From: Nemertoderma westbladi
Lineage: Eukaryota; Animalia; Xenacoelomorpha
NCBI GenBank assembly: GCA_032718475.1
Contig: JAUCBJ010009146.1
Coordinates: 1-64,000, forward strand
Direction: 5' to 3'
DNA: 64,000 nucleotides
The first letter of the stretch is position 1. Each line of letters opens with the position of its first letter. Of the stretch, positions 49,610-62,282 are shown in pieces. Both the position numbers and the translations under genes were made by a program. The notes beneath the pieces were generated by a model. It saw only the letters and a list, made by a program, of their open reading frames with translations, made no database searches and had not been told where the DNA came from.

Positions 49610-52429
49610 ATGGACCCTCCTGGTATAGATGTGCTGAACCTCTAAACGAACCCGGAGTGAAGTTAAACATCCATTTTTACTCGGGTGTGGAATCGAGTTC
49701 CTTCCTGAAAATAAGTTACCTACTAATCGGGATGTTTTGCGCCGCCTCAACTTCATAATGAAAACCCGCCGGCATAATGAAACCCTTTATATTTCTTCTG
49801 AATCACTGACATCTGAGATTGCTGAGCTTTGGGGGCGAGGTGGTATTCCAACAATTGCAACTCAATCAATAACATTAAAAATCGTTCGGTTCCATAAGGA
49901 ATACGACAACAAGGCTGCAAAGTTTAATAGGAATTCGAAGGGAAGCAAAAGGAGTGACGCTGTAAAAGGGCTTTGAGATTAAGCTGGATAACCTATTTAA
50001 TATAGCTTCGAAGAATGCAGAAGCAATGCTGCAAGCTCGGGCTAATTCAGGTGATTCTGCGGCAGCTGAGAACTTAAAATTCTTTTCTGATCAGCTCTCT
50101 ACACGGCAGGCGAGTATGGTTGGATTGGATTTAGAGAGGGCCAAGAACAGCAAAGCCAAAGCTATTAGAATAGCTAAGAAAGAGGAAGCTGCAGCAAAGA
50201 AGGCAGAGATGAAGAAGGCTAAACTGTCTGAAAGAATAATCGAAAATGTTTCATCAGCTTCAAAAGATAATGTTTCTACTGGAGAATCAACTCAAAATGA
50301 TGATGATAATGACTATGTTCCAAAGTTCAGAAAAGAAAAGAAGAGAAAATCTATTTGCACATCAGTACATACCTCTACAAATGTCCGAGTTCGCTCGACC
50401 TAGTAGTAGTAGTACATACCTCAACTCTCTGCAGGGAAAATATACCCAGCCAGCCTGGCGTAAGAATAGTTTGTGCTACATGTGCCGCCATTGGTATAAA
50501 TGTTATTACCGAAAATGTAACATTAAGCAGGTCAACAATGATGCGTCACCAAAAGAAAAACCATGAAGAACAGGTAATGAAGATAAAGGCTGATATAACA
50601 AGTGACCACGATCAAGGAGATTTGGAGATTCACTTTGATGGTAAGAGATTCAATCAAATAGCTGGGTATAAAGTAGAACCACGACTTGCTGTTTGTGTGA
50701 CTGGATCTGAACTCTGTAATGATAAGTTCATAGGAGCTCCACGAATGAAAGATGAATGTGGTGATACGATGGCTTATACAGTCAATTCAGTACTGATTGA
50801 ATGGGGAATTGTTAACACAGTGAAAGCAGTTTGTGTGGACACCACTAATTCAAACACAGGAGCTGAAAATGATAGTGTTGTTATTTTGGAGGGTCTGCTG
50901 GAACGTCCATTGGTTTGGCTACCATGTCGACACCACATGCTGGAACTAATGTTGAAGGCAGCATTTATCTTCAAGGTTAGCAAAGGGACACAAAGTCCTT
51001 ATGAGGCATCATTCACTGCTTTCCGTGAGGAACAGTATGATCAACTTGTTCTAACTGACTTTATCCTCCCTCAATTACCAGCAGATATGTTTGAAGATTT
51101 TAATGAGGTATTGGAAACCATGGAAGGTTTACTAAAGCCAGATGCTCCTGCACAGCCACGTGGATATTACCTGGATTTGATTGAACTCACCATCATATTT
51201 CTTGGTGGAACTCCACCTCGTGGTATCCATTTTAGACGTCCAGGACCATATAATCATACGAGGTGGATGTCAAAGTTAAGATATGCCATTTTGATGGAAC
51301 TCTTCACTCATCAAATTCAGATGACACCAGAGGCAACCAGTGACCAGCATGATTTTAATCTGTGGGCTATAAGAAATTATGTGGTTTATTGGTTCAGTGC
51401 TCCAGAATTACTGAATGCTCCCGCAAATGATCTTAAGTTTATGGAAAAGCTTAGTGTTCATGCAATTTATGATCAGGATCTTTATCGAGTCTGCAGTACT
51501 GTAATGTCCCGGCATCAATGGTACATCTCAGCTGAGTTGTTGTTACTTGCCTTGATCGACAGCAAGACATCAGACAAAGATAAAGGTGAGATTGCCAGTG
51601 CTCTTCTGGCGCAGCCCATGGAAGATATGGCTTCAAGGCGGCCCCAGTTCCTGTTCTGTAGATGCAATGGGTGGTTTGATTCATCGATGGTATGTTGTGA
51701 TAACGACAAGTGTCCCATTAAATGGTACCACTTTAAATGTGTCAACATATCAAAGAAACCTTTAGGGCAGTGGTATTGTCCACGTTGTCCTCGACCATCA
51801 GTAAATGAGAAGTTCTGCATATGCCAGAAGGGAGGAGATGGAGCAATGGTTGCATGTGATAATGTGTTGTGCACCATTGATTGGTTCCATTTCAGGTGGG
51901 TCTTGATGATCATATGATTTTATGAGACCTTCAATTGATAACAAATATATTTGTTACATATTATATATACCAACCAATATAAGTTTTTCACAGTGTTTAT
52001 CATTATTTGCGTAGACAGACAAACTAACTACAATTACTAATACAATTACTCTATTTATATTAGGTGTGTTGACATCACTACATTTCCAAGTGGGCTGTGG
52101 TACTGCAAGTGGTGTAGAGGAATTGATTCTTCGACACAAAAGAAACCACTAACACGCTGTCTGAAAGAGTCAACCCCAGATCATGGCTGCTTTTCAAGGT
52201 ATATAATCTGGATACAGCTTGGTTGCGATTAAAACCAGAGTTTTACAACACGGACTGTGGTTACTTAGCTGCGAAGGAGAAACTGAACAAGTTGACTACA
52301 GTTAACGATATCTCAGAACGAGGAGTAGCTCACACCTTACGATATCTTCAGTACCCACGGACAACTAATGAGAGAGATTTACAGAACCTCCTCCTGGTTG
52401 CCAAGCACCACATTGACCAATACCCATAA
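49610..52429 (+). pseudogene. hATm-like DDE transposase with two inserted PHD fingers; intron 51896-52063
   Basis: HFDGK, DTTNSNTG, CRHH (CxxH), HTRW and VNDISERGV motifs, plus N-terminal LPTNRDVL and LFNIA. Disrupted near 49975, at 50376-50422 and near 52170. Confidence 0.8.
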
Positions 52430-52631
52430 TATGACCGTGATACTTTTGCAATTATTGTGTGATGGAGATAGTGATTAACTGGACTAGCTTCTTTCTTTCT
52501 TTCTGTATAAACTGTACACCTATCCTGTCTAGGTTACTTGTTGATTGGATTAACCTTGTTTTCAATGTTTGATGTTGAAATGATTAAAATGGACCTTCAT
52601 TGTTAAAACATATGTCATGAAGCAGGCCTAG

Positions 52632-53528
52632 CCCAGTGAAAAGTGCGCAAGCGTATCGCAAGCGTGCAACGCAGGCATATCTGATGTGATTCCCAAGAGT
52701 TATGGCCCGACCTTTACGCAAGCGACCTACTTGCGTTAAGTCGCATAGATATCGCAACAACTTGCGTTCAGTCGCATAAAACTCACATGCGATTCACTTG
52801 CGACTTTCAAGCGTCATGAGGCATAAATATCACAAAAATCTACTGATTGTGATTTTTGTGTAATATATTGAGACCTTGTGACAAAAAATATGATACAGTA
52901 GTTGATTATTCCACTACTGTTTGATACTATGGGCTTCCATATCATCTGCCTACTGTACTTACCTTACATTACATTACATTACACTCTCTAGACATAGAAC
53001 ATTAGACTTCGTGTATGAATCAATACTAGAAATGGTTGGTTATATACAGGTTAATACAAATAGATTAGAATAACCATGATACACTTTTAACTATTCCCTA
53101 TAATTTTCAATTCTATAAAATATATGAATATAATCACTGAATTCGACAGCCATACAGTATTAGATAATTCATATTCATCAATTTTATATTTTAAATCTAT
53201 TTATTTCTTGATATGGAATTTTTTTTTTAATTAATAATCTTGAGTGTAATTAAAAACATGCGATTCACATGGGAATTAACGCATGAGATTCTCATGGTGT
53301 AAAACATGCGTTAAATAAGCGTTAAATGAGGTGTGATTCCCATGCGATTTTCATGCACGGAATCACAGGCGTAAAATAAGTTGTGAATCGCATGCGTGGA
53401 ATCGCTTCCCTATTTTACATGTGATTCACATGCGAATCACAAGAGTTTTATCGCTATTTATTGAGCCGCAATAAAAACGCATGACGCATTAAAATCACTT
53501 GCGATACGCATGCGCATTTTTCACTGGG
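52632..53528. mobile_element. Non-autonomous CMC/EnSpm-like element with 2-bp TSD
   Basis: TIRs CCCAGTGAAAAGTGCGCAAGCGTATCGCAAG / CTTGCGATACGCATGCGCATTTTTCACTGGG, AG on both flanks, and many subterminal GCAT/GCGA repeats. Confidence 0.85.
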
Positions 53529-54312
53529 AGGTATCTTTTCAAACACCTACTGATATCTATCTTACAGTCTTATCCTTCCTATACAGTATATAGGAATGAT
53601 ATGGACAATAACTACATATCAGCATCGAATTAATTTGTACCGAAATACTGAATAATAAGGTTCAATCAACTCACTTTAACGAATAGCAAGTGCAATGGAG
53701 AAGTTCCTACAACAGCCAATCTGTAGAAAATATGGCAAAGGTTCAAAATAAACCTATTTTATTATCTTATACTATTTGGAACTAGTCCCACTGCAACATT
53801 CAAATTCGAAAAAAAAACAGCTTTTTCAGCAACATTTTTTCATGGTTTGAAGGTCACCGTGGGAGTAGTTCGGCACATTTTTGGACACCATCGTTGATAT
53901 TTATCGAGTTTTTACACAATTTGGAACAAATTCTCGTATGTAGTAAAGTAATATTGATAGCGAAAGTTGGTTTTTTTTAACCACTAGCAATCAAGGCTGC
54001 AAGGCTAGCAGCAGCCTGGCAGCAGCAATACAACCAGGTCAGAAGGTGTACGTACACGCGAACAACACCTTGCAGGTTGCAGCCTTGAATACAACACAGC
54101 AATACCGGACAGCCGGACCAGTGCCCTGTTGTCTGAGTGTCATCACTGCACTGACCACAGAACCTCTGAACCTGTCTGCCAGTGCAGGTGCAGCAACGCA
54201 ACAGTCAGTACTGCAGTAGGCTACTGAATTGTTAATACCGGTACTGCTGTACTGTACTGCCTGACTGCTGTAATATTTAAATACTCAGATACTGAAACTG
54301 AAATCAGGAAAT

Positions 54313-54956
54313 ATGACTATGGAAGAGTTTACGACGACTGTCTGCGATTTAGGCCGGTGGCACTTGGTCGCCGCAGTGCTCCTTCTTCCCCTCCTAGCTG
54401 CGCTGAACTCCCCTCTAGGCGGGGAGGCCAGTAGCGACTTCCCCGCCTACCGGATGTACCAATACGACCTGTACGGGAAGGCGTACGGCTGTAAACAGTC
54501 CCGCCTAAACCTCGAAGCCGCTGCCTTGTCTACTACTCCAGGGAGTAGCAACTACGCCCGTAGATGTCTCGTCTACCGTGCCTTGGATCTCACTGTGGAC
54601 CACATAAAAGCGATTCTCGCTACCACAGTCGGTGGTCTACTAGTCCTCCTCCCACCTGATTGGTCAGTCGCATCGGCTGAAGCGATAGCGGCGTTCCAAC
54701 AACTAGAATCCTGGGCTCTCTCCGAAGAGTTCGATCTTCCGGTTTACTTCGCCGCGGAGACTCCGGTACTCCGCGGGGTCCACCAGTCGTTAGTCGCGGG
54801 TACCGCAGCCAGCGAGGCCCCGACCGCCGCTCAGGCCCTGGTGAGGTCTATCAGCGCCGCTGGCTACCAGCTGGTCACCGCCACCACTGACGCCGCTAAT
54901 AAACCCCTACCCAACGCTGAGTTGACCACCCTCTACGGCCTACTAACGGCAGATAG
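54313..54956 (+). CDS. NCLN: Nicalin, exon 1
   Basis: Signal peptide, then FPAYRMYQYDLYGKAYG...LNLEA...RRCLV...GGLLVLLP...PVYFA...AGYQLVT, matching nicalin. Donor AG|GTCAGT (phase 2). Confidence 0.92.
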
Positions 54957-55469
54957 GTCAGTAGGTTGAATTTAAAGATTAGGCCCATTATATTAGTTGG
55001 AGTATATTTTTTTGTTTAGGCCTACTAGTCTTCGGCGGACACTATTGACTATTATACTATTCTTCCTCTGGGTTTATGAATTTTACACAAGTCTGCAAAG
55101 GACGCGGCCTGGCCTGGCGATATAGGCCTGGCCTATATATATCAGTATATTGTTTTATTTGTAAAAAAAAATACAAAAAAAATACAAAAATATCAATCGG
55201 TACCGGCACCGGTAGTAAAAAAGTCTTAAAAAGAATTAATCTAAAATTAGTATTTTTTTAAATATACAGACGGCTGGACGGGAGCGGAATTAACCCACTG
55301 TATGTATGTAGTTCTTAGTCTGTTGCTTAAGGTTACAAACTCTATTCACACCACTACCCTTGTTGCTACTTATTCCATTACGGTACTTAAAGTTACAACA
55401 TCTGTTATTTAAATTATAATTTCTTTATTATTTATTTTTAATTTCACACCATATCAATAAAGATTGGGT

Positions 55470-56290
55470 GATGCGCTGATGCGTGATGGTAACGCCCTTT
55501 AATGGCACAAGAAGTATAGGAAATCCAGCAGCAAAGTACCTTACTGATCTAGACTTTGCTGATGACTTAGAGGTAGGTACTGTCTGAATCACTAGAGGTT
55601 GCTTCCAGTGTTGGTCTTTTTGTAAACTCAAAGAAGACCAGTTTTGACAGTGAACCAAGACAGTTCTCAAGAAATGTCTGATCGTAAGGGCATAAGCCTT
55701 AGGGGCGGCTTACTTGAGCACGTGGATGACTTATGTTACCAGCTACAGGTGAAGACCTTCGGAGACGTAAGGGGAAGGCATGGGCAGCTTTAAATAGTCT
55801 GTCCAGGATTTGGAAGTCTCATAGAATAAAATTGAATCTTAAAGGTTCCATTATTTAGAGCAGCAGTAGCACCAGTACTCCTCTATGGGAGTCAATGCTG
55901 GGCTCTAACTGCTGAGGACATCAAATCTCTGGATGGCACATTCACAAGAATGCTACGCCGGGTTCATTGTGTCAAGTACACTGCACACATCTCCAACCAG
56001 ACACTATATAACATTGGAGGTGTCTCATTGGTTCCCCCAAGCTTGATACTTGAACAGAGCCGCCCCCGCTTTGTAGGACATTGCTTTCGCCGTGAGGACC
56101 AGCCAGTGCATAATCTTGTACTTTGGCAGCCTCATGGAGTGAATAAGCATGGTGGACAGCCCATGACTTTCTTGAGACGCATCTTAAAGGACACTGGCCT
56201 TGAAGATGCGGATGATCTAGCAAATGTCATGGGTGATAAGGAGTTATGGCGGCGCAATTTTGTCGACAAGCCGGCACAGCATTATTAATA
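55470..56290 (+). mobile_element. Degenerate RTE-like LINE 3' fragment in NCLN intron 1
   Basis: YLTDLDFADDL at ~55535-55570, VLLYGSQCWAL, and RFVGHCFR...LVLWQP...DKELWR. Confidence 0.75.
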
Positions 56291-57016
56291 AAATGTAATG
56301 AAGCACACCGATAGTAATTAATTTTCAAATATCATATTAACGTTAATGCAGTATATTGCAGTATTGTAATTCCTTACAACTTAATTTTTATTATTTTTTA
56401 ACAGTTTTTTTTATTTATATAATTTAATTTAATAATTTAATTACATTTTATTGGCGCAATTTCTGCGTTTTTAAATGTAATCTGACTTTTCGAGGTTCCT
56501 GGACCGGGATTTAAATTTTAGTAAATTTTAAAGAATTTTGTCAGTTAGTGAAATTTTTAGTCTTTATTGATTCGTAACATTTTTTTGTCATAAATGAATT
56601 TCCGGCTTATAATTTTCTTTAAACAAATATTAGGCCTAAATTTTATTAGTTTACGAATTAATTCGATAACTTATTTTGCTCTTCTTTACTTTACCGTGTA
56701 TACTAGACGCCGCCCATACAGTATATAGGCCTACCGGTACCTAAATATCTTTACTAGGTCAAAGTTAATTAGATGTAATTTTTTTTAAAGATCTCTACGC
56801 CCCCCGTCGGAGTAAATTATATATTTATTAATTATAATAGAGTTGAGGCTACCCGGGAGTAAAATCAATGTGCACAGCGTTAAAATAAATAATAATTAAA
56901 TTAATTGAGGACAGAGGTAAAAATATTTAACTACTGTAAAAGTAACTAGATGTAATATAATTTATAATTATTTTACAGCAACTTTTTTATTTATTTTTTT
57001 TTTATTACGTTTGCAG

Positions 57017-57239
57017 CGGCGACTCTTCAGACGAGACCCCCACCGTTGTCATAGCGACCCACTATGACACCGCTGGTATGGTCCCCGGTTGGCCGGCCCA
57101 CGGTGGGCCCCAGTCTGGCACTGTGGCCGCCTTCCTGGAGACCCTACGTCTACTGTCCCTTCTCTACTCGCAACCGGCCACTCGGCCTTTATACAACGTC
57201 GTGTTCGTACTCAGTGCCGGTGGCCAGTACAGCTACCAG
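57017..57239 (+). CDS. NCLN: Nicalin, exon 2 (gene continues beyond the window or is incomplete)
   Basis: Acceptor TTTGCAG| is phase-compatible with exon 1. Encodes PTVVIATHYDTAG...YNVVFVLSAGGQYSYQ. Donor CAG|GTGGGA. Confidence 0.9.
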
Positions 57240-57349
57240 GTGGGAATAATATCCGGAGATTTAATTAATACATAGGCCTACGTTTTGGTTTTCAATACTA
57301 ATTATATTACTTTTATTTATAATTATTTCTAAATTGTTTTATTTATATT

Positions 57350-60156
57350 CCATGGTTCCATCCATTCTGAGGATGGAGGCCTTCAGACTGGGCGGGGTCT
57401 AGAGATGGAGGCCGTCAGACAGAACGGGTTTCATATGGTTCCGGGGATGGAGGCAGTCAGACAGGGTGGGGTCCATGGTTCCGGGGATGGAGACAGTCAG
57501 ACAGGGTGGGGTCCATGATTCCGGGGATGGAGGCCGTCAGAAGGGTGGGGTCCATGGTTCCGGGGATGGAGGCCTTCAGACAGGGCGGGGTCCATGGTTA
57601 CGGGGATGGAGGCCGTCAGACAGGGCGGGGTACATGGTTCCGGGGATGGAGGCCGTCAGACAGGGCGGGGTCCATGGTTCCGGGGATGGAGACAGTCAGA
57701 CAGGACGGGGTCCATGGTTCCGGGGATGGAGGCCGTCAGACAGGGCGGGGTCCATGTTTGCGTGGATGGAGGCCGTCAGACAGGGCGGGGTCTATGTTTC
57801 CGGGGATGGAGGCCGTCAGACAGGGCGGGGTCCATGGTTCCGGGGATGGAGGCCGTCAGACAGGGCGGGGTCCATGGTTCCGGGGATGGAGGCCGTCAGA
57901 CAGAGCGGGTTCCATGGTTCCGGGGATGGAGGCCGTCAGACAGGGCGGGGTCCATGGTTCCGGGGATGGAGGCCGTCAGAAGGGCGGGGTCCATGGTTCC
58001 GGGGATGGAGGCCGTCAGACAGGGCGGGGTCCATGTTTCCGGGGATGGAGGCCGTCAGACAGGGCGGGGTCTATGTTTCCGGGGATGGAGGCCGTCAGAC
58101 AGGGCGGGGTCCATGGTTCCGGGGATGTAGGCCGTCAGACAGGGCGGGGTCCATGGTTCCGGGGATGGAGGCCGTCAGACAGAGCGGGTTCCATGGTTCC
58201 GGGGATGGAGGCCGTCAGACAGGGCGGGGTCCATGGTTCCGGGGATGGAGGCCTTCAGACAGGGCGGGGTCCATGGTTACGGGGATGGAGGCCGTCAGAC
58301 AGGGCGGGGTACATGGTTCCGGGGATGGAGGCCGTCAGACAGGGCGGGGTCCATGGTTCCGGGGATGGAGACAGTCAGACAGGACGGGGTCCATGGTTCC
58401 GGGGATGGAGGCCGTCAGACAGGGCGGGGTCCATGTTTGCGTGGATGGAGGCCGTCAGACAGGGCGGGGTCTATGTTTCCGGGGATGGAGGCCGTCAGAC
58501 AGGGCGGGGTCCATGGTTCCGGGGATGGAGGCCGTCAGACAGGGCGGGGTCCATGGTTCCGGGGATGGAGGCCGTCAGACAGAGCGGGTTCCATGGTTCC
58601 GGGGATGGAGGCCGTCAGACAGGGCGGGGTCCATGGTTCCGGGGATGGAGGCCGTCAGAAGGGCGGGGTCCATGGTTCCGGGGATGGAGGCCGTCAGACA
58701 GGGCGGGGTCCATGTTTCCGGGGATGGAGGCCGTCAGACAGGGCGGGGTCCATGTTTCCGGATGGAGGCCGTCAGACAGGGCGGGGTCCATGGTTCCGGG
58801 GATGGAGGCCGTCAGACAGGGCGGTTTCCATGGTTCCGGGGATGGAGGCCGTCAGAAGGGCGGGGTCCATGGTTCCGGGGATGGAGGCCGTCTGACAGGG
58901 CGGGGTCCATGTTTCCGGGGATGGAGGCCGTCAGACAGGGCGGGGTCCATGGTTCCGGGGATGGAGGCCGTCAGACAGGGCGGGGTCCATGGTTCCGGGG
59001 ATGGAGACAGTCAGACAGGACGGGGTCCATGGTTCCGGGGATGGAGGCATTCAGACAGGGTGGGGTCCATGGTTCCGGGGATGGAGGCCGTCAGAAGGGC
59101 GGGGTCCATGGTTCCGGGATGGAGACAGTCAGACAGGGTGGGGTCCATGGTTCCGGGGATGGAGGCCGTCAGACAGGGCGGGTTCCATGGTTCCGGGGAT
59201 GGAGGCATTCAGACAGGGTGGGGTCCATGGTTCCGGGGATGGAGGCCGTCAGAAGGGCGGGGTCCATGGTTCCGGGGATGGAGACAGTCAGACAGGGCGG
59301 GGTCCATGTTTGCGGGGATGGAGGCAGTCAGAAGGGCGGAGTCCATGGTTCCGAGGATGGAGGCAGTCAGAAGGGTGGGGTACATGGTTCCGAGGATGGA
59401 GGCAGTCAGATGGGTGGGGTACATGGTTCCGAGGATGGAGGCAGTCAGAAGGGTGGGGTACATGGTTCCGAGGATGGAGGCAGTCAGAAGGGTGGGGTAC
59501 ATGGTTCCGAGGATGGAGGCAGTCAGAAGGGTGGGGTACATGGTTCCGGGGATGGAGGCCGTCAGAAGGGCGGGGTCCATGGTTCCGGGGATGGAGACAG
59601 TCAGACAGGGTGGGGTCAATGGTTCCGGGGATGGAGGCCGTCAGACAGGGCGGGTTCCATGGTTCCGGGGATGGAGGCATTCAGACAGGGTGGGGTCCAT
59701 GGTTCCGGGGATGGAGGCCGTCAGACAGGGCGGGGTCCATGGTTCCGGGGATGGAGGCCGTCAGACAGGGCGGGGTCCATGGTTACGGGGATGGAGGCAG
59801 TCAGAAGGGTGGGGTCCATGGTTCCGGGGATGGAGGCCGTCAGACAGGGCGGGGTCCATGGTTCCGGGGATGTAGGCCGTCAGACAGGGCGGGGTCCATG
59901 GTTCCGGGGATGGATGCCGTCAGACAGGGCGGGGTCCATGGTTCCGGGGATGGAGGCCGTCAGAAGGGCGGGGTCCATGGTTCCGGGGATGGAGACAGTC
60001 AGACAGGGCGGGGTCCATGTTAGCGGGGATGGAGGCAGTCAGAAGGGCGGGGTCCATGGTTCCGAGGATGGAGGCAGTCAGAAGGGTGGGGTACATGGTT
60101 CCGAGGATGGAGGCAGTCAGAAGGGTGGGGTCCATGGTTCCGAGGATGGAGGCAGT
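57350..60156. repeat. 40-bp G-rich minisatellite, ~70 copies, in NCLN intron 2
   Basis: Unit CCATGGTTCCGGGGATGGAGGCCGTCAGACAGGGCGGGGT, with 38-39 bp variants. Confidence 0.97.
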
Positions 60157-60619
60157 GTGGATTAAAGTCTGTTCTGAATGTTCGGGGAAAAACAGTCTAT
60201 TGCCTGCTGACAGAACGTAAAATAAAATAAACATTGCAGCATTGACCTTAACTAAGCAGTATAATAAACATACAGGCAGGCATATATACATAGAACTGTA
60301 AAATATAGAAGTGAATAACTGAATAATATCAAGCAGTCAGCACGGTAGGTAAATACTAAGTATAATAATATATCTGCCTTATACAGTATAATTAAAGACG
60401 GCGTCAAAACGCCTTGAAGGAACCGAAGTTAAACCAAACCGAAACTAATATTTTTACAGGCCATGAGTCTCCGACCATTTCGTACAGGATTTCAACTAAC
60501 TCCACTACCTATACTGTAATTTGCACATGTTGAGCATTTATAATAAAATATTGCATCAATATGGTGAACAAAGTTAGTTAGCGCAAACAATTGTCATATC
60601 TCATAATCTGTTCCTATAA

Positions 60620-60925
60620 AGGCCCGTTCGCATCCAACGGAACGGTACACCGCGCGGTGTACCGCAGGGCCAGCGGTACACCGCTGACTGTGAACGACCC
60701 AACAGGTAGTTGTGCGCTGAAACGCGCGGTTTACCGCAGCCCATTTAAACAATGTTAAAACAATTAATGTAATTTCCTGTTGAACAGATAGATCAGTCCA
60801 GATCATTTACCGCAACAACGGTACCGTTGGATGTGAACGGGCTCCGGGTAGTGCACCGCTGGCTTACCGCTTCAATACCACCCGACTACTTTACCGTTCA
60901 TGCACCGTTGGATGTGAACGGGGCT
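60620..60925. mobile_element. PIF/Harbinger (Tourist-like) MITE
   Basis: TIRs AGGCCCGTTCGCATCCAACGG / CCGTTGGATGTGAACGGGGCT, flanked by TAA and TTA. An internal duplicate of the right TIR lies near 60823-60843. Confidence 0.75.
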
Positions 60926-61789
60926 TTATAATTATTAAAGCAAGTAGTAGTAAAAATAATTGAAGTAAAACAACTTAAAAACTGCTCTAACGATTTCGTT
61001 AAAATTTTAAACATGACGCAATGTTTTGATGACCTCTATCGATTCCCGCTGGTCCCATATCTGTCCATAGAATGTGGTCTCGAAAAATAGTATAAACGAA
61101 AAAACGCCATAGGCGCAATGATAAAACACCAGCTGAAGCACATGAAAAATAGATAGAGATGGCATAGTAATGCTATTCAATAGGGAGCGCCCAACTACCA
61201 AGACATTACTTTCTTTGCTAAGTTTACCGGTACTCAAAGGTACATCAAACCAAAGGTCCCATAGGCAAATAACGTTTTACCCAGCTGATAGCTCCTTTCA
61301 CAGAATCCAACACAAACTCTTGCCCTAGATTCAATGAAAGCGAATGTCTATTACAGTAGGTTCTTGGGAAAAGCTGGCCACCTGAATGACATTATAGTTA
61401 TAGAGTAAGAGTTGTGTACACGAGTGAGGCCTTCGTGCAGCAGAAGCTGCAACCCATCTCAGCGAACAATTATTATAATTATACTACATGGCTAGTTATA
61501 TATCTGATATTGGCTTCCGACAAACACACTGAAACCTACACCTAAGTTCGCTGATGACTCGCAGTTTTAACTCGCCATATATGTACTGTTAACTGTAAGG
61601 GTACTATTAATACTATACTAATAGTTGCTATGTTCAATAAAAATCAGAGTTGGGAAGTTGAATGTTTTGGCAACATTAATACTGTGATTGGTGTTTGGTA
61701 TCAGATATAATCTTGAAGTATACAGGATTTCTGTTGCCCTAACTGCTTTAATAACTGCTATTACTATTACATCAAATTCTTACGAAAGG

Positions 61790-62282
61790 AACCTTCGGTT
61801 CCTAACTAGGCATTCGGAGGCCAACGACATCATTATCCGGGCCCGTGCTTCTGGTAGCAGGAGTGGTATCCACCCTTGAACCTTGGGGTTTAATGCGGGG
61901 TGGCAAAAAACCAGATGGCATATGACCCTTGCCCGGTAAACCACTAGTCTGTGATTTCACCTGCCGCGACACCCTAGCGACTTCCCACCTCCCAGAAACT
62001 TCTATCTCTGCTGGCGCTGCAGCTTCCTCTAAAAGCAAACAAGTACAGTACACCGACCTGCAGCTCAACCACCACTTTTCTACCATCGCCTTCGAAACAC
62101 TCGGCCCCATTGGCTGTGTAGGTACAAGGGAGATCGGTGGCCGGATCGCCTCAAAGATGGAGGAACTAAGAGCAACATCCTTCCTTTTCCAACATCTATC
62201 GATGGCCATTGTGCGTGGCAATGCCACTGCTGTCCTAGGTACCCTCCCATTGGTACCCTGCTGTAGACCCCGCCCTGACTAA
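61790..62282 (+). mobile_element. Degenerate CRE-like non-LTR 3' fragment (restriction-like endonuclease)
   Basis: EPWGLMRGGKKPDG...GKPLVCDFTCRDTLA...AGAAA...AFETLG...SMAIVRGNATAVLGTL. Confidence 0.8.

Larger units (their letters stand above)
43709..53986 (+). mobile_element. hAT-superfamily (hATm-like) DNA transposon with ~200-bp imperfect TIRs, containing a nested LINE and MITE
   Basis: 43709-43913 is the reverse complement of 53778-53986 (for example GAGAATTTGTTCCAAATTGTGTAAAAACTCGAT and TTCGAATTTGAATGTTGCAGTGGGACTAGTTCC). Termini read TAG...CTA and enclose a transposase. No TSD recognised. Confidence 0.8.

Noticed and set aside
51648-52115. Host ING-family gene
   Set aside because: No ING N-terminal domain; the fingers are in frame within transposase motifs and inside the TIRs.
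57466-60165. 899-aa and 789-aa Gly/Arg-rich ORFs
   Set aside because: Translations of the 40-bp minisatellite, open in several frames at once and located in an NCLN intron.
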